64,000 bases of DNA from Methanobacteriota archaeon (lineage in GTDB: Archaea > Thermoplasmatota > Poseidoniia > MGIII > CG-Epi1): NCBI GenBank assembly GCA_014240055.1, contig JAAZXP010000001.1:619-64618 (forward strand), in the 5' to 3' direction. This document shows positions 63,317-64,000 of the stretch, in pieces. Within the stretch, counting starts at the first letter, position 1, and every line of letters begins with the position of its first letter. The translations under genes and the position numbers were made by a program. The notes under the pieces were generated by a model, which worked only from the letters and a program-made list of their open reading frames with translations, ran no database searches and was not told the origin of the DNA.

Positions 63317-64000
63317 TTACATTTGGTTAGGGGCTTTTACACCGAGTATGCCTAAGCTAGTTTTCAGTATCTTTTTAGAAATTGCTACTAAGTTTATTCT
63401 TAATGCTTCATTTTCATTACCAATTACTGGGCAATCGCGATAGAATTGGTTAAAATTCGCAGCCAATTCATGAGCATAGTTTGGAATATAATGAATTGAC
63501 AGATTATTTACAGATCGTTGGACAGTCCCAGGCCATTTAGCGAGTGTTCTCAAAAGTTTTATTTCAGAATTTGATAATTTCCCATTTATTGAGACTTCAG
63601 GCATATCTTTACTATAATTTCGTATTATGGCTGCAGCCCTAGCATGTGAATACATTGCGAATGGGGCTGAATCACCCTGTAGATTGAGTGCATCTTCCAT
63701 GTTAAAAGTAAAACCTTTTTCAGCTTGTACCTTCAGAACATTATACCTAAGAGAACCAATACCTATGTCCTCGGCTAGTTCATTCTTTTTTATTTCACTT
63801 AAATCTGTTTCATCTAGTTTATGTTTTGCCAATTCAACAATTTTTTCCATGATGTCATCTAAGTAAATAACTCTACCAGCTCTTGTAGACATTTTCCCCC
63901 CTGGTAAATTTACAAAAGAATAAAACAGCCCTATAGGCTCTTTAGAATTAAGTTCTCTTAGGGCAATACCTAATAATTTACTTTGTAGTCTATGATCTTC
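63317..64000 (-). CDS. argS: Arginyl-tRNA synthetase, C-terminal part (gene continues beyond the window end)
   Basis: The frame is open from 64000 (…LPGGKMSTRAGRVIYLDD…). DALR anticodon-binding domain (FAMYSHARAA; HELAANFNQFYRDCPV). Ends ...APNQM, the typical ArgRS terminal Met. Confidence 0.9.
   Translation of the reverse strand, partial: EDHRLQSKLLGIALRELNSKEPIGLFYSFVNLPGGKMSTRAGRVIYLDDIMEKIVELAKHKLDETDLSEIKKNELAEDIGIGSLRYNVLKVQAEKGFTFNMEDALNLQGDSAPFAMYSHARAAAIIRNYSKDMPEVSINGKLSNSEIKLLRTLAKWPGTVQRSVNNLSIHYIPNYAHELAANFNQFYRDCPVIGNENEALRINLVAISKKILKTSLGILGVKAPNQM

Overview
AT-rich, gene-dense archaeal chromosomal segment with about 58 protein genes and one tRNA. I saw no rRNA, CRISPR array, transposase or integrase. 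Archaeal information-processing genes set the lineage: TFB, Gar1, aIF-1A/Rio1/KH cluster, L10e, PCNA, proteasome beta, aCPSF1, DTD2-type deacylase, FtsZ and SepF. They are mixed with many bacterial-looking metabolic genes: glycine cleavage T/H, SDH, succinyl-CoA synthetase, ICDH, proline dehydrogenase, urocanase, class II HMG-CoA reductase, E. coli-type GuaC, Hbd and OTCase. There are also several very large secreted or anchored proteins: an S8 protease, an M6 metalloprotease, and 1784-aa and 1206-aa surface proteins. This mix suggests a marine heterotrophic Thermoplasmatota-like archaeon such as Marine Group II, but that is inference only. The window reads as core genome, not an accessory island, and I found no convincing self-contained novel system. 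Observations worth a second look: (1) hutU is interrupted by one in-frame TAA exactly at a conserved Glu codon. (2) A well-conserved QueD/PTPS-fold protein has all three Zn-ligand His replaced and abuts an MBL-fold hydrolase gene. (3) A tandem ribbon-helix-helix protein is co-transcribed with ftsZ, downstream of a phased TGTCA repeat array. (4) Three exoproteins share a Pro-motif + TM + basic-tail C-terminus. (5) A 1206-aa type-I surface protein has a duplicated jelly-roll-like module and a cytoplasmic zinc ribbon. (6) A tRNA with anticodon GCA has A73 instead of U73. All protein calls rest on motifs read by eye from the supplied translations; no database search was possible.
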